In this document: piece after piece, positions 46,501 to 56,273 of the stretch | How the letters are laid out: every line of letters starts with the position of its first letter | Position numbering within the stretch: the stretch's first letter is position 1 | Assembly (NCBI GenBank): GCA_049976505.1 | Contig: JBMFIC010000004.1 | Location: 27,512 to 91,511 of the forward strand | DNA: 64,000 nt | Origin: Nitrososphaeria archaeon | GTDB taxonomy: Archaea > Thermoproteota > Nitrososphaeria > Conexivisphaerales > UBA164 | Reading direction: 5' to 3' | Notes under the pieces: generated by a model | Told to the model about the DNA's origin: nothing | Database searches by the model: none | What the model saw: the letters and a program-made list of their open reading frames with translations, nothing else | Position numbers and translations under genes: made by a program

Positions 46501-47148
46501 CCTGATGCTCTTGTTCGACTTGAGGGCAGCGTCGACGTCGTCAACGAAGACGAACCTGAAGTCCACGGAAGATACCTCATCGAAGTGCATAAAGAGATAC
46601 TTGGAAGTTATTATCGCCACGTCCGCCTCCGCCAGCCCAACGTCCCTGGATCCGTAGGTGTAGACCTTTGGCTCCAGCCCTACCCTCCTGGCATATTCGA
46701 TGATCCTCTGGGCTGACTGCGCCGCCAGTGTCCTCGTGGGGACTATTATGAGGGATTTCATGCCCTTCCTGAGCATGTAAAGCGATACGACAAGCCCGAA
46801 CGTCGTCTTTCCAGCCCCGGGAGGCGAGGTTATAGCGAAGTTCTCCCTCCTGAAGAGCCTTATTGCCCAGAGCCTCTGGGCCCCCGATATCCTGGCCCCC
46901 ACGCATTTCCTGAAGAACTCGGAGAAGCTCTTAAGCTCCTTTATCACCTCATACTCGTCCTTAAGTAGGTTGAGCGTCCCAAGCCTGTGCATCTCCTCCA
47001 GCATGCTTTCGTACGTATATTCCCCATCCTTAGGGAGACACTTCCTGCAGACGAGCCCCCTTCTTAGCCTCTCCGTCTCTATGGGCCCACCGCAGTTCGG
47101 GCATGATGCGTCAAACACAGCCTTTAGGCTCTCCTCATGTAATTGCAC
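43552..47148 (-). CDS. rgy: Reverse gyrase
   Basis: N-terminal Zn finger (CPNC...CRKC), helicase-like domain (PPGAGKTT, DDVD, QASGRTSR), TOPRIM (VESPHKA, DPDTEGE), SAGRVQ and catalytic ITYPRTDS. Confidence 0.97.
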   Translation of the reverse strand: MQLHEESLKAVFDASCPNCGGPIETERLRRGLVCRKCLPKDGEYTYESMLEEMHRLGTLNLLKDEYEVIKELKSFSEFFRKCVGARISGAQRLWAIRLFRRENFAITSPPGAGKTTFGLVVSLYMLRKGMKSLIIVPTRTLAAQSAQRIIEYARRVGLEPKVYTYGSRDVGLAEADVAIITSKYLFMHFDEVSSVDFRFVFVDDVDAALKSNKSIRLVLRLAGFTDEEIERARETIATERRIDLEKVYELRRRAMKRIMIFSSGTITRSSPLFLVLMGFRPGAPGSYPRNVVDLYEEMPKDVVQEIKRKVSELGDGGLIFVTTDLGSEYAEELSARLNEAGIRSAVVSGRNVRVLDEFRNGKYSVLIGVATHYGTLVRGIDIPEKIRYAIFVGIPRFRFRIGEKMHPVLMTRILTAYALYVNRPDVNRLASIIRRKITRLSPAALQVLAKKVREGEIEDQYIMSAYNVVNEALKDTVFLQKLSTSIGAVVKDNSILVPDMITYIQASGRTSRMRSWGNTLGLSILFVDDDNLFAIFRKLTSITFGIEWRRPEEVDIKEILRRIDSDRKEVVIEEQAGTSEQTSKFSSMLLIVESPHKAKTIANFFSRPAITIREGIVVFETVVSGNLLNIAYTAGHIMDLTLDRIGYHGVEIVRDGRRQYIPHYASIKVCENNHQVTTAGDVCPVCGAKFVRDKTSLIRSIEKLAYAVDLVMIGTDPDTEGEKISWDIYNVLRPFNSNIKRVEFHEVTKPALLKAISEPRAINENLVKAQVVRRLDDRWLGFELSSRLQNEFWKKYCEENLKHGCDRPNRNLSAGRVQTPVLGWIIQRYDQYRDRSNLVKAYSSRINGMSIRFHPSGEVKFAIGDEVLVKVVSSEIVEDRINPPPPYTMSEILRDAANILKMSTSEIAGTLQDLFEAGLITYPRTDSTRVSDAGLAVAKSYITQILGLDESYFYPRKWGEGGAHEAIRPTKPLSSQDLKNYIQQGLIYTPIALAWRHYAVYDLIFRRFIASQMPPAVVVKQVIKLSAEKDGKDVEVEPNPLEIPLRYVKDGFARVSPPFRELHEELKASQFTVRIENFYEYRRVELYSEGDLVDEMKRKGIGRPSTYSTIVKTIITRKYVILISERKKIVPTKLGINVYRYLRDNFGDLVGEELTSQLESKMDDVESGKTSYLAVLDEIVDEIAEKLKVTVPEIMERS

Positions 47149-47190
47149 GATATTATTTCTTAACGGTTCTATTATAAACTTTAAGCTTCC

Positions 47191-48093
47191 CTAGTACGTG
47201 AGCCTCTTCATAAGAACCCTGTGGGCATGCCTCAGGACAAAGCCCTCTGATCCTGACATGGCCGCCGTTCTGAGCGCTTCAAGAGCCATCCTTACCCCCC
47301 TGATCTCATCCTCCTCGGTGACCTTGAACTCTATCTGCTTCTCCTCGCCGTAGTATGGGGATACGATAAGAAGGATGCTGCCAAATGAGATCCTGACCCC
47401 CGAGCCCCTGAGCCTCCTCGAGTACAGCTCGCTGAGCAGGGCCATTACTGAGGACTCCATTGAGGTGGCCAAGGCTCCCATGTCCTCGTAGGATCTTCCT
47501 CTGGCCTCTATGACCCATGGTATTGATGACCTCCTCTCGGGATCCTCATCCGCATAGAGAGTGTCCTTGGTTATGCCCGGACCAAACCAAACCCTGTCCT
47601 CCATCCTCAGCCTGCCAACCGCCTCGGCGATATACAGAAGGGCCATAATGTCGGACCTTGCAGGCCACTCCAGCGGCGCTATCTTGGATGAGGCGCCCTC
47701 GTTTCTCACGATGCCCGTCTCAGCTACGTAGTCGCCGGGCCTTACAGCGCTTGACCAGCTGCCTGCTGTCCCTACCCTTATGCTGAAGACCCTCTTCGAG
47801 ATGCTGTAGTTCACGTTTGCGAGGTACTCGGTGTACGCTATTTCAGCTGAGCCAGGGCCCATGCCAGTGCAGAACAGGGTTACCGGGGTGCTGTAGTACT
47901 TGCCTTTGTATACGTAAAGCCCCCTGTTCCTGCTGACCACCTCGACGTTTCTGAGCAGTGAGGACGCCCCCTCGATCCTCTCCGGGCTTCCTGCGTTAAT
48001 CGAGTAGGGGCTGAGCGAGCCCTCCCTGGCCTTTATGTGATATGAAAGTCCCTGCGAATCCCTGAACACCCCCTCGAACAGGCTCATGCCCAT
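47191..48093 (-). CDS. Uridine/nucleoside phosphorylase family
   Basis: YHIK, GSPER, TGMGPGS, IRVGTAGS, VRNEGAS and SMESS. Confidence 0.8.
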   Translation of the reverse strand: MGMSLFEGVFRDSQGLSYHIKAREGSLSPYSINAGSPERIEGASSLLRNVEVVSRNRGLYVYKGKYYSTPVTLFCTGMGPGSAEIAYTEYLANVNYSISKRVFSIRVGTAGSWSSAVRPGDYVAETGIVRNEGASSKIAPLEWPARSDIMALLYIAEAVGRLRMEDRVWFGPGITKDTLYADEDPERRSSIPWVIEARGRSYEDMGALATSMESSVMALLSELYSRRLRGSGVRISFGSILLIVSPYYGEEKQIEFKVTEEDEIRGVRMALEALRTAAMSGSEGFVLRHAHRVLMKRLTY

Positions 48094-48103
48094 ACTAATC
48101 GCT

Positions 48104-49435
48104 CTAAGCGTTTAACGTTTGCGCTCCGCTCCTGGCCTTGGAGACGAGCTCCCTTACCTTCCTCTCCACCTCGTCCTCGACGCCCATCACCTCCTTCAGG
48201 ATCTCCCTCTCGTTCATGGTCAGGACCTCCCTGTCCTTCATGATGACCCTTCCGTCAACTAGCACGTGTGCCACGTCCCTGCCAGAGGCATAGAATGGCA
48301 GGGACACCGGATCATGCAGGGGCAATACTGATGGGCCGGGCCTGATCGCTATTATGTCCGCGTTGTAGCCCACGGCTATCCTTCCCGATCCCTCCTCCCT
48401 GAGCGCCCTGAAGCCGTTCACTGTGGCCATCTTCATGAGGTCATAGAGCCCAACCTCAGAGTAGTAGTGATATGGCGTCGCATGGTATCCATTGAGCGCC
48501 GAGTAAGCGGCCCTGAGCTCCGCAAGTAGATCAAGGGACGAGTTTGCTCCTCCGTCGCTTCCAATGGCGACGTTTATTCCCCTTCTGATCATCTGAGGTA
48601 TCTTCGCGAAGTTCATGTAGGCGTAGTTGACTGCTGGGCAGTGCACCACGCTGGAGCCTCCGGATGCTATGTGATCAACTTCTGAGTCGCTGAGAAACGC
48701 GGCGTGGGCAAGCACTAGGTCCCTCGTCAAGTACTTCATTATTTTGAGATATTCGACGGGCCTGACACCCCATCTCTCCATCGCGTGCTCTATTTCCGAG
48801 TGCTCCTCGGATATGTGCATGGTCACCGGAATCCCCTTTTCCCTTGACGCCTCAAATACAGCCCTTATCAGCCTCTCGCTTGAGATCATTATCTGTCTGA
48901 TGGAGAGCCACCCCCTGACCCTTCCCCTGTACCTCTCGGCCAGCCTTACCCCATCCTTTTCATCGTGAACGTATCCCTCCACCTTATCGGAGGTTGAGTA
49001 CGTCACTGCCCCCTTTATCCCCGCTGAGAGCGCCGCCTCGGCAAGGAGGTCGGGCCTTGGGCCTCCGGCGTCGAGGAACATCACCACGCCGTTCTTTATC
49101 ATGTTCAGCACCGTCAGCTTCGCGCTCAGAGCAGCCTCCTTCTCGGTGAGAGACATCTCGAAGGGTATGAGGAGCCTGAGCCAGAGGGGATGAACGTTGT
49201 AGACATTATCCACGATGCCCCTCAGGAGTATCTGGAAGGCGTGGGTGTGGGCATCAACAAGGCCGGGCAGCAGTATAAGATCCTCGTCGAAGACCTCCTT
49301 GGCGTCGTACCTGAGGTCGCTGCCCATTGCGTATATCTTCCCGTCCTTTATCGCAACCTGACCTCTGCAGAAAGGCCTTGAGTCTACCATGGTAATGCAC
49401 GTTGCGCTCCTGAAGAGCACGTCCACCTCCTCCAT
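48104..49435 (-). CDS. Amidohydrolase, MTA/SAH or nucleobase deaminase family
   Basis: PGLVDAHTH, MHISE, LAHA, HCPAVN and GSDG. Confidence 0.85.
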   Translation of the reverse strand: MEEVDVLFRSATCITMVDSRPFCRGQVAIKDGKIYAMGSDLRYDAKEVFDEDLILLPGLVDAHTHAFQILLRGIVDNVYNVHPLWLRLLIPFEMSLTEKEAALSAKLTVLNMIKNGVVMFLDAGGPRPDLLAEAALSAGIKGAVTYSTSDKVEGYVHDEKDGVRLAERYRGRVRGWLSIRQIMISSERLIRAVFEASREKGIPVTMHISEEHSEIEHAMERWGVRPVEYLKIMKYLTRDLVLAHAAFLSDSEVDHIASGGSSVVHCPAVNYAYMNFAKIPQMIRRGINVAIGSDGGANSSLDLLAELRAAYSALNGYHATPYHYYSEVGLYDLMKMATVNGFRALREEGSGRIAVGYNADIIAIRPGPSVLPLHDPVSLPFYASGRDVAHVLVDGRVIMKDREVLTMNEREILKEVMGVEDEVERKVRELVSKARSGAQTLNA

Positions 49436-49510
49436 GAACCATAGTTAGCCTGTCGACGTAAAAAGCCTTTCACGTGCAAAAGGTTTTATACTGAAAAAGT
49501 CTCGCTAATT

Positions 49511-50518
49511 GTGATGGGTTTAAAGGAGCTCGAGGAAAAGGTCTTCAGAAGCTTTCGTTTTTACACCTCCTTCTCTCGCTATTCGAGCCTGAGCGGCATG
49601 GACGTCTACATGATGTCGAGGAACGTCTTCGTCCTTGACGCTGAGGAGGGAAGGGAGATCGCGTGCTACCCGAACGTCTTCGGAAGCAGGTTTGAGGAGC
49701 TCAACCTCTCGCTCGCGAGGAAGTTCGTTGAGTTTCTCGAAAAGGAGGGGGTCCTCAGCGAAAGGATACTGATGCAGCACGTCCTTAGGGCTTCTTTGGG
49801 TTACAGGGTCTATGATGCTCTGAGGGAAAAGGGCGTTAGCTTCGTGAGCTCCTGGGCAAGGCCGCTCTACAGGTACGTCTCTTTCAGGATGCACACCCAG
49901 AGGGAGCTCGTGATGACGTACGACGAGCCGAAGGTGCTGCCCCCGGGGGATTACGTGGTCCTCAAGCCCGACACAGAGGCCACCGGCAACACTTCACTGT
50001 TTGTGCTCGACAGCCTGTTCAGGAAGTGCGCCCAGTCGGGCTGCAGGATAAGGAAGGTTATCTTCTACGGCTTCATATCTGGGAAAGCTATAGACGTCCT
50101 CGAGAGGTATCTAAACGAGAGGAACGCCGAGGGCGTCTACTACGCCCTCGAGAACGTCACGGCCCTAGCTGACAACGGATATGACATGCCTCTTTACGGG
50201 CTTGACGAGTCCAGGTATCAGAAGGATGGGACAAAGGTGAGGCTTGCCGCAACGGCGCCCGAGGAGGTCATCAGAGGGATGCTCGGATGCTATTACCCGG
50301 GGATGGATCAGCCGGGTGACTGGTCAGAGAGGCAGGTGAGGCTCTTCGATGGCAGGGAGTGGAAGGACGTTGACCTGAGGGTGCACGCAGAGAGGAGCCT
50401 TAGCCTCCTGGATAGGCTGAGGGAGATAAGCTATACGGAGGAGTGGTATGACGAGCTACATGATGAAATCTACAGAAAAATAAGGGTCGAGCTGGCCAAG
50501 TTTTTAGGTGTGGCTTAG
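49511..50518 (+). CDS. Divergent phosphoribosyltransferase-fold protein (UPRT-like)
   Basis: HVLRASLG resembles UPRT ILRAG; VVLKPDTEATGNT resembles the PRPP-binding loop DPMLATGGS. Confidence 0.5.
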   Translation: MMGLKELEEKVFRSFRFYTSFSRYSSLSGMDVYMMSRNVFVLDAEEGREIACYPNVFGSRFEELNLSLARKFVEFLEKEGVLSERILMQHVLRASLGYRVYDALREKGVSFVSSWARPLYRYVSFRMHTQRELVMTYDEPKVLPPGDYVVLKPDTEATGNTSLFVLDSLFRKCAQSGCRIRKVIFYGFISGKAIDVLERYLNERNAEGVYYALENVTALADNGYDMPLYGLDESRYQKDGTKVRLAATAPEEVIRGMLGCYYPGMDQPGDWSERQVRLFDGREWKDVDLRVHAERSLSLLDRLREISYTEEWYDELHDEIYRKIRVELAKFLGVA

Positions 50519-50758
50519 GATCAGGATCGCTATCACTATTCCGTAGATTGCTATCGCCTCTCCCAGCGCAACCATGATCAGAGAGAATGATCTTACCTCC
50601 GGTCTCTCCGGGTGCTCGGCCACCGCGGCGGTGGCGGCGGCTCCCGCTCCACCTATTGCTATGCCAGCGCCGAACGCTGCCAGACCGAAGGCTATTCCGG
50701 CTCCTAGCGTGCTGAAGGATATTGACTGAAACGCGAGCAGAAGCAGTGGCAGCATCAA
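50504..50758 (-). CDS. atpK: A-type ATP synthase subunit K (c), single hairpin
   Basis: GAGIAIGGAGAAA...ALGEAIAIYG with the ion-binding Glu. Confidence 0.9.
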   Translation of the reverse strand: MMLPLLLLAFQSISFSTLGAGIAFGLAAFGAGIAIGGAGAAATAAVAEHPERPEVRSFSLIMVALGEAIAIYGIVIAILILSHT

Positions 50759-50771
50759 CCTCTCTCACCCA

Positions 50772-50903
50772 TTATTTGTCTCCCCCCGCTTTAAGCTTTT
50801 TTATGAGATCATCCTTCAGCTTTTCGTACTCATCGCTCAGGGACTTCTTCATCTCCTCGTGCTTCCTCTTTATTTCCTCCTCTATTCTCTCAAACTCTTC
50901 CAC
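50772..50903 (-). CDS. 43-aa charged helical protein, probable short ATP synthase subunit H/G (missing from the ORF track)
   Basis: GTG start after GGTGAGG; [43 protein letters not shown]; fills the gap between atpD and atpK. Confidence 0.7.
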   Translation of the reverse strand: MEEFERIEEEIKRKHEEMKKSLSDEYEKLKDDLIKKLKAGGDK

Positions 50904-51507
50904 TCGCCCTCACCAGCTTATCCCTGACCTTCTTTATCCTGTTCAGCTCCTCCCTGTCCCTCTCCTCAAGTATGAGCGAAATCGTTCTTATCCTTTCCTC
51001 AGACTCGGGGATGACGACCTTCTCCAGAGCGTTTATAAGCCTGTCAGTGTCCCTAAGGTCCTTTATGAGCTTAAGCACGAATGACTTCTGCCAGGAGGCC
51101 TCGATGAGGCTCGACACGAGCTCTGAGCCCTTCTCAAAGAGCTCCATGAGCGCCCATGAGTTAGGAGTCGAGGTCCTCTGGCTTACCTTGACAGGAACCC
51201 AGTAATGGACGTCCATGTATCTTTCGCTTTTCAGGTCGAGCTCAAGCGTCCCCTCCATAAGCCTCGAGATGTGTTCCAGCTCGGGCTCGCTGTACTCAAG
51301 CGCAACGAGGGAGAAGGCGTAGTAGGCCTCGCCAAGGTCATCGAGCATCTTTGAAACCGACCTCGTAACCTGCGGACCCACCTCGGATATCCTCTGAATT
51401 ATAACGTCCTTTTTGGTTGATAGTATCTTGTCCACGTCTTTCGTTGCCTGAAGCTCCCTCTTTCTCCTTAGAAGCTCAGACTTTGATATTACGTTTCTGA
51501 ACGACAC
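50890..51507 (-). CDS. atpD: A-type ATP synthase subunit D
   Basis: ELLRRKREL...ILSTKKD and [12 protein letters not shown]...LEERDREE. Confidence 0.85.
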   Translation of the reverse strand: MSFRNVISKSELLRRKRELQATKDVDKILSTKKDVIIQRISEVGPQVTRSVSKMLDDLGEAYYAFSLVALEYSEPELEHISRLMEGTLELDLKSERYMDVHYWVPVKVSQRTSTPNSWALMELFEKGSELVSSLIEASWQKSFVLKLIKDLRDTDRLINALEKVVIPESEERIRTISLILEERDREELNRIKKVRDKLVRASGRV

Positions 51508-52873
51508 TCTCGTACACCCTCCTGCTCTTCTCCGTTATGTTCGTCCACTCCCTCTCGGGCAGTATTGACAGGACCTCCCACGCTAGGTTTAGAGTCGTCT
51601 CTATGTCCCTGTTTTCGTACGGGTCCTGGTTCATGAACCTTCTCTCAAAGGCGTCGGCGAACTCCAGGTACTTCTTAGAAGACTCGGGAATTCCCTCCTC
51701 TCCAACTATCTCAGCGAGGGACCTGACGTCCATCGCCTTTGAGTAGGAGTTGTAAAGCTGATCGCTGAGCTCCTTGTGGTCGGCCCTAGTCTTTCCCTCG
51801 CCTACGCCGTCCTTCATAAGCCTGCTCAGGCTCATGAGCACGTTGACCGGCGGATAGATCCCCTTGTGGTACAGCTCCTTGCTGAGAACTATCTGTCCCT
51901 CGGTGATGTACGCGGTAAGGTCGGGTATTGGATGGGTTATGTCGTCCGCCGGCATGGAGAGTATTGGAAGCTGCGTGAGGCTTCCCTTTCTTCCCACCAC
52001 TCTTCCCGACCTCTCGAATATAGTTGCAAGGTCTGTGTAGAGGTACCCAGGATATCCCCTTCTGCTCGGGACCTCCTCCCTCATCATGCTGATCTCCCTC
52101 AGCGCTTCACCATAGTTGGTCATGTCCGTGAGTATTGCGAGCACGTGGTATCCCTCCTCAAAGGCCAGATACTCGGCGGCGGTGAGGGCCACCCTTGGCG
52201 TCACTATCCTCTCAACTGCTGGATCCTCCGCGAGGTTGAGGAAGAGGACGCTTCTCTTGAGAGCACCGGACTCCTCCAGCTCCTTCCTGAAGAACATTGC
52301 CGTGTCCGCCGGGACGCCTATTGCGGCAAACACGACAGCGAACTCCTCGCCCCTTGCTATGGTTGCCTGCCTTGCTATCTGGGCAGCCAGCATGTCGTGG
52401 GGGAGGCCGGAGCCCGAGAATATGGGCAGCTTCTGCCCCCTGACCATGCTGAGCATCCCGTCTATTACGGAGATGCCGGTCTGGATGAACTCGTCAGGGT
52501 ACTCCCTCTTGTATGGGTTGAGTATCTTGCCGTTTATGTCGAGCTCAGCGACGCCAACAGGCTCCGGCATGCCGTCTATGGGCCTGCCGAGCCCGTCGAA
52601 GACCCTTCCCAGCAGCTCCGTAGAAACTGAGAGCTCAAGGGGCCTTCCGAGGAACCTGACCTTGACGCCCTTGGGCGAGATCCCCTGCGTCCCCTCGAAG
52701 ACCTCCACAACGGCTATCTCCTCGCTGACCAGGAGGGACCTGCCCAGCCTCCTCTCTCCGTTCTCGAGCTCTATCTCGACCAGCTCCTCGTACCCCAGCT
52801 TCCCGTTCGTCCTTATCACCATGAGCGAGCCCCTGATGCTCTGAACGCTGCTAAATGTTATGCTGCCGCTCAA
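51476..52873 (-). CDS. atpB: A-type ATP synthase subunit B
   Basis: [27 protein letters not shown] and [14 protein letters not shown]. Confidence 0.97.
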   Translation of the reverse strand: MSGSITFSSVQSIRGSLMVIRTNGKLGYEELVEIELENGERRLGRSLLVSEEIAVVEVFEGTQGISPKGVKVRFLGRPLELSVSTELLGRVFDGLGRPIDGMPEPVGVAELDINGKILNPYKREYPDEFIQTGISVIDGMLSMVRGQKLPIFSGSGLPHDMLAAQIARQATIARGEEFAVVFAAIGVPADTAMFFRKELEESGALKRSVLFLNLAEDPAVERIVTPRVALTAAEYLAFEEGYHVLAILTDMTNYGEALREISMMREEVPSRRGYPGYLYTDLATIFERSGRVVGRKGSLTQLPILSMPADDITHPIPDLTAYITEGQIVLSKELYHKGIYPPVNVLMSLSRLMKDGVGEGKTRADHKELSDQLYNSYSKAMDVRSLAEIVGEEGIPESSKKYLEFADAFERRFMNQDPYENRDIETTLNLAWEVLSILPEREWTNITEKSRRVYESVVQKRNIKV

Positions 52874-54588
52874 AACTCCATCACCTTCTTCATAAGATCC
52901 TCGAAATCATCACGGCTCTTCACGTTGAACCTGGCCCTGACCACGTCGAGGTAAAGCTGGCTTGATATTATCTCGTCCGTGGTCTTTCCCTGTCTGAGCT
53001 TCTCCATAGCCCTGTCGTAGAAGGCCAGTATGAGCTTCAGGAGATAGTACTGTATCTCCGGAGAGCTGTACCTGTCAACCTCATGGTAAGCGCTCTGCTT
53101 GAGGAAGCCCTCCCTGAGCATCCCGGCTATCTGCAGTAGGAGCTTCTCGTCCTCGGGCAGGACGTCCGGGCCGAGGAGCCTCACTATATTCCTCAGCCCC
53201 TCCTCCTTGAAGAGTATGTCAAGCGCCCTTCTCCTGAGCTCGGGAAACTCCTGGGAAACCTTGCTGGACCACCAGCTAAGCAGCATGTCGGCGTAGGAAG
53301 AGTAGCTTGAGATCCAGTTGACGGCGGGATAATGCCTTGAGTAAGCGAGGTTCGGATCAAGAAGCCAGAACGCCTTGACGTACCTCAGCGTGTGGGTTGT
53401 AACGGGCTCCGTGAAGTCCCCTCCTGGCGGCGACACGGCGCCTATTATCGAAACGCTTCCTGGGTCGCCGGCAAGGGTCTCAACGTACCCGGCCCTCTCG
53501 TAGAAGGCCGCTATTCTTGAAGCAAGGTAGCTCGGATAGCCCTCCTCGGCAGGTATCTCCTCCAGCCTGCCGCTGATCTCCCTCAGCGCCTCAGCCCACC
53601 TGCTAGTTGAGTCAGCAAGCATCAGGGCGTCGTATCCCATGTCCCTGTAGTACTCGGCCAGGGTAACCCCAACGTATATGCTGGCCTCCCTTGCCGCAAC
53701 TGGCATGTTGCTGGTGTTTGCGATCATTATGGACTTCTGCATTATGGGCTTCCCGCTGATGGGATCGTTCAGCTTTGGGAAGGTCTTGAGAAGCTCGACC
53801 ATCTCGTTGCCCCTCTCACCACATCCAACGTATATCACCACCCTCGAGTTTGCCCATGATGCTATCTGGTGTAGCAGGACAGTCTTCCCGGTCCCAAAGC
53901 CTCCCGGAACCGCCGCTGAGCCTCCCTTTGCAAGCGGAAAGAACGAATCTATGATCCTCTGTCCGGTTATCAGGGGCTCCGTCGCAGGGAACCTCCTTCT
54001 GAACGGCCTGGGCACCCTCACGGGCCACCTCTGGATCATTGTCAGCTGCCTCTTAGCACCATTCTGAACCTCAGCTATCGGATCGGTCGGCCTGTAGTCT
54101 CCTTCAGGAGCCACGTCGCTCAGGACACCCGATACGTCAGGAGGAACAAGCACGTAGTGCCTTATCAGCTCAGTTTCCTCAACGTAGCCCAGCTTCTCCC
54201 CACCGCTCACCCTGATGCCAGGCTTTGCCATGGGGACGAAGTGCCATTTCCTGTTCATGTCAACTGGATCAGCCGTGTATCCGCGAGTTATCGTGTACCC
54301 CTCGATGCTGCTTAGCGGCCTCTGTAGGCCATCGTATATGTTTCCGATTATCCCTGGGCCCAGGACCACTGAGAGCGGCGAGCCAAGACCCTCAACAGGC
54401 TCACCTGGCCTCAGGCCAGTGGTGAACTCGTACACCTGTATGTAGGCGTTATCGCCCTCTACCCTAACGACCTCCCCTATAAGCCCTAGCTCCCCTACCC
54501 TGGCCATTTCGTTCATCTGAATTCCCGAGACGCCCGTGGCCTTGACTACCGTTCCCCTGACCTCGGTTATCCTGCCCTTCACGCCCAA
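52870..54588 (-). CDS. atpA: A-type ATP synthase subunit A
   Basis: PGGFGTGKT Walker [23 protein letters not shown] and EEGYPSYL. Confidence 0.97.
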   Translation of the reverse strand: MGVKGRITEVRGTVVKATGVSGIQMNEMARVGELGLIGEVVRVEGDNAYIQVYEFTTGLRPGEPVEGLGSPLSVVLGPGIIGNIYDGLQRPLSSIEGYTITRGYTADPVDMNRKWHFVPMAKPGIRVSGGEKLGYVEETELIRHYVLVPPDVSGVLSDVAPEGDYRPTDPIAEVQNGAKRQLTMIQRWPVRVPRPFRRRFPATEPLITGQRIIDSFFPLAKGGSAAVPGGFGTGKTVLLHQIASWANSRVVIYVGCGERGNEMVELLKTFPKLNDPISGKPIMQKSIMIANTSNMPVAAREASIYVGVTLAEYYRDMGYDALMLADSTSRWAEALREISGRLEEIPAEEGYPSYLASRIAAFYERAGYVETLAGDPGSVSIIGAVSPPGGDFTEPVTTHTLRYVKAFWLLDPNLAYSRHYPAVNWISSYSSYADMLLSWWSSKVSQEFPELRRRALDILFKEEGLRNIVRLLGPDVLPEDEKLLLQIAGMLREGFLKQSAYHEVDRYSSPEIQYYLLKLILAFYDRAMEKLRQGKTTDEIISSQLYLDVVRARFNVKSRDDFEDLMKKVMEF

Positions 54589-55136
54589 CTCTTCCTCACC
54601 TCGCCTATTATCACCCTCTTGATTTCCTTCTTCATGTCCAGGACCATCTTGTCGATGTCGTACACAACGGTCTCCTCTCCAGAGACCACCATAAAGCCCC
54701 TGCCGAAATCCGCCTGCCCCTTCATCCTGAACCCGACCTCACCCTGAAGGCCCCTGATGAGCTCGACGTCCAGCCTGCCAGCGTAGACCTCGGCGGAGCC
54801 GCCAAGAGACCTCAGGGCTCCTGTCAGCAGGCCCCTTATTATTCTAGGATACTCGTCGCTCCTGACCAGCTCTTCGTACGCCTCGGATATTAGCTTCTCC
54901 AGCAGATCGTCCTCCCTTACGCTCAGGAGCCTCTTGCCGTCAAGCTCCCTCTGGGACGTTCTGACCGTTCTCTCCTTGTCTATGGACCTCTTCGCATCAT
55001 CCTCTATCCTTCTGCCCTCCTCCTCGGCGGCCCTCATCTCCTCCTCAACTATCCTTATGGACTCAGCCAGCGCTGATTCCAGGAGGCTCAGGGCCTGGGA
55101 CTTTTCCTTTTCGATTACAGCCTTTATGCTCTCCAA
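54579..55136 (-). CDS. atpE: A-type ATP synthase subunit E
   Basis: Coiled-coil N-terminus, GRGFMVVS and operon position. Confidence 0.75.
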   Translation of the reverse strand: MESIKAVIEKEKSQALSLLESALAESIRIVEEEMRAAEEEGRRIEDDAKRSIDKERTVRTSQRELDGKRLLSVREDDLLEKLISEAYEELVRSDEYPRIIRGLLTGALRSLGGSAEVYAGRLDVELIRGLQGEVGFRMKGQADFGRGFMVVSGEETVVYDIDKMVLDMKKEIKRVIIGEVRKSWA

Positions 55137-55137
55137 T

Positions 55138-55431
55138 TCAGAACACCTTCATGACCCTCGTTATTTCCCTCTCAACGGCCTCCGCCGTTTCCTTGACCTC
55201 ATACGGCGGATCCAGAAGCATGATTGGTGCCTCCCACTCCATCGAAAGCTCGTCTATGTACCTCTCAAGGCCAAACGCGATCGATCTGTCGACCACGACT
55301 ATCGCGTACCTGTTGCGGGCCTCCTCCAGCTTCCTTGTCAGCTGCTCCCTGCTCTCCACCTCCTGGCCTACAAATCCAAGTAGCCTGAAGAACGTTGTAA
55401 ATCTTTTAGAACCTATAGCCAAACCTTTCAA
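55138..55431 (-). CDS. atpF: A-type ATP synthase subunit F
   Basis: AIGSKRFTTFFRLLG, YAIVVV and PIMLL; first gene of the operon. Confidence 0.75.
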   Translation of the reverse strand: MKGLAIGSKRFTTFFRLLGFVGQEVESREQLTRKLEEARNRYAIVVVDRSIAFGLERYIDELSMEWEAPIMLLDPPYEVKETAEAVEREITRVMKVF

Positions 55432-55735
55432 CCTACTTGTTATATATTGCTAACATCGATTTTTATTTTTTGCTGGTTAAAATGTAAAGGCTATTTTTAA
55501 ATGAAAATCCAATTTTAAAAATTTAGCGCGCATATTGATTAAATATTTTGCTAATGTTTCATCCTGCGCCACTGAGAGTATAATTAATATAATATGATAA
55601 TTTGCGCATCTCAGCAGCGAACGCCCCTAGCGATCTTCATCTTTATGAATTTTTAAACCCCGTAATAAAATCCGCCCCCTTGAGCTCAGCTTGAGGCCAA
55701 AACTAATTATATTACGCCTGCGCAAAGCCTATGTA

Positions 55736-56269
55736 ATGAAGCCTCTTAGGCGAGGCCTGGTCATAGTCTACTATGGGGATGGGAAGGGAAAGACAACGGC
55801 AGCTCTGGGCATGATATTGAGGGCTGTCGGACACGGGTACAGGGCCGCATACATACAGTTCATCAAGAGCTCCGTGAGCGGGGAGACCAAGTTCCTGTCC
55901 AAGCAGCCTGAGGTTCTGGTGTACACCGGTGGCTCTGGATTCGTCGGAATCATGGGCGACAGGAAGGACATTGAGGAGCACAGAAGAAGGGCAAGGGAAA
56001 CACTTGAATTCGCGGAGAGGATAATGAAGGAGGGCCTTCACTACGTCGTTGTGCTTGATGAAATAAACTGCGCTGTCAGCCTTGGGCTGCTCGATGAGGA
56101 CTCAGTTGTAAGGGCTGTAAACTCAAGAAAAGAAAACGTAAACGTCGTGTTAACAGGGTGTACGGCCTCTGAGAAGATCCTCGAGATGGCTGACATAGCT
56201 ACCCACATGGTAAAAGTAAAGCACATCTACGATCAGGGATATCTGGCCAAGATAGGGGTGGACTTTTAG
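55736..56269 (+). CDS. cobO: Cob(I)alamin adenosyltransferase
   Basis: GDGKGKTTAALG, QFIK, VVLDEIN and VVLTG. Confidence 0.9.
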   Translation: MKPLRRGLVIVYYGDGKGKTTAALGMILRAVGHGYRAAYIQFIKSSVSGETKFLSKQPEVLVYTGGSGFVGIMGDRKDIEEHRRRARETLEFAERIMKEGLHYVVVLDEINCAVSLGLLDEDSVVRAVNSRKENVNVVLTGCTASEKILEMADIATHMVKVKHIYDQGYLAKIGVDF

Positions 56270-56273
56270 TCGA

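Noticed and set aside
55440-55690. AT-rich intergenic region as a possible replication origin
   Set aside because: No ORB-like repeats and no cdc6/orc1 or whiP nearby; it is explained by divergent atpF and cobO promoters.
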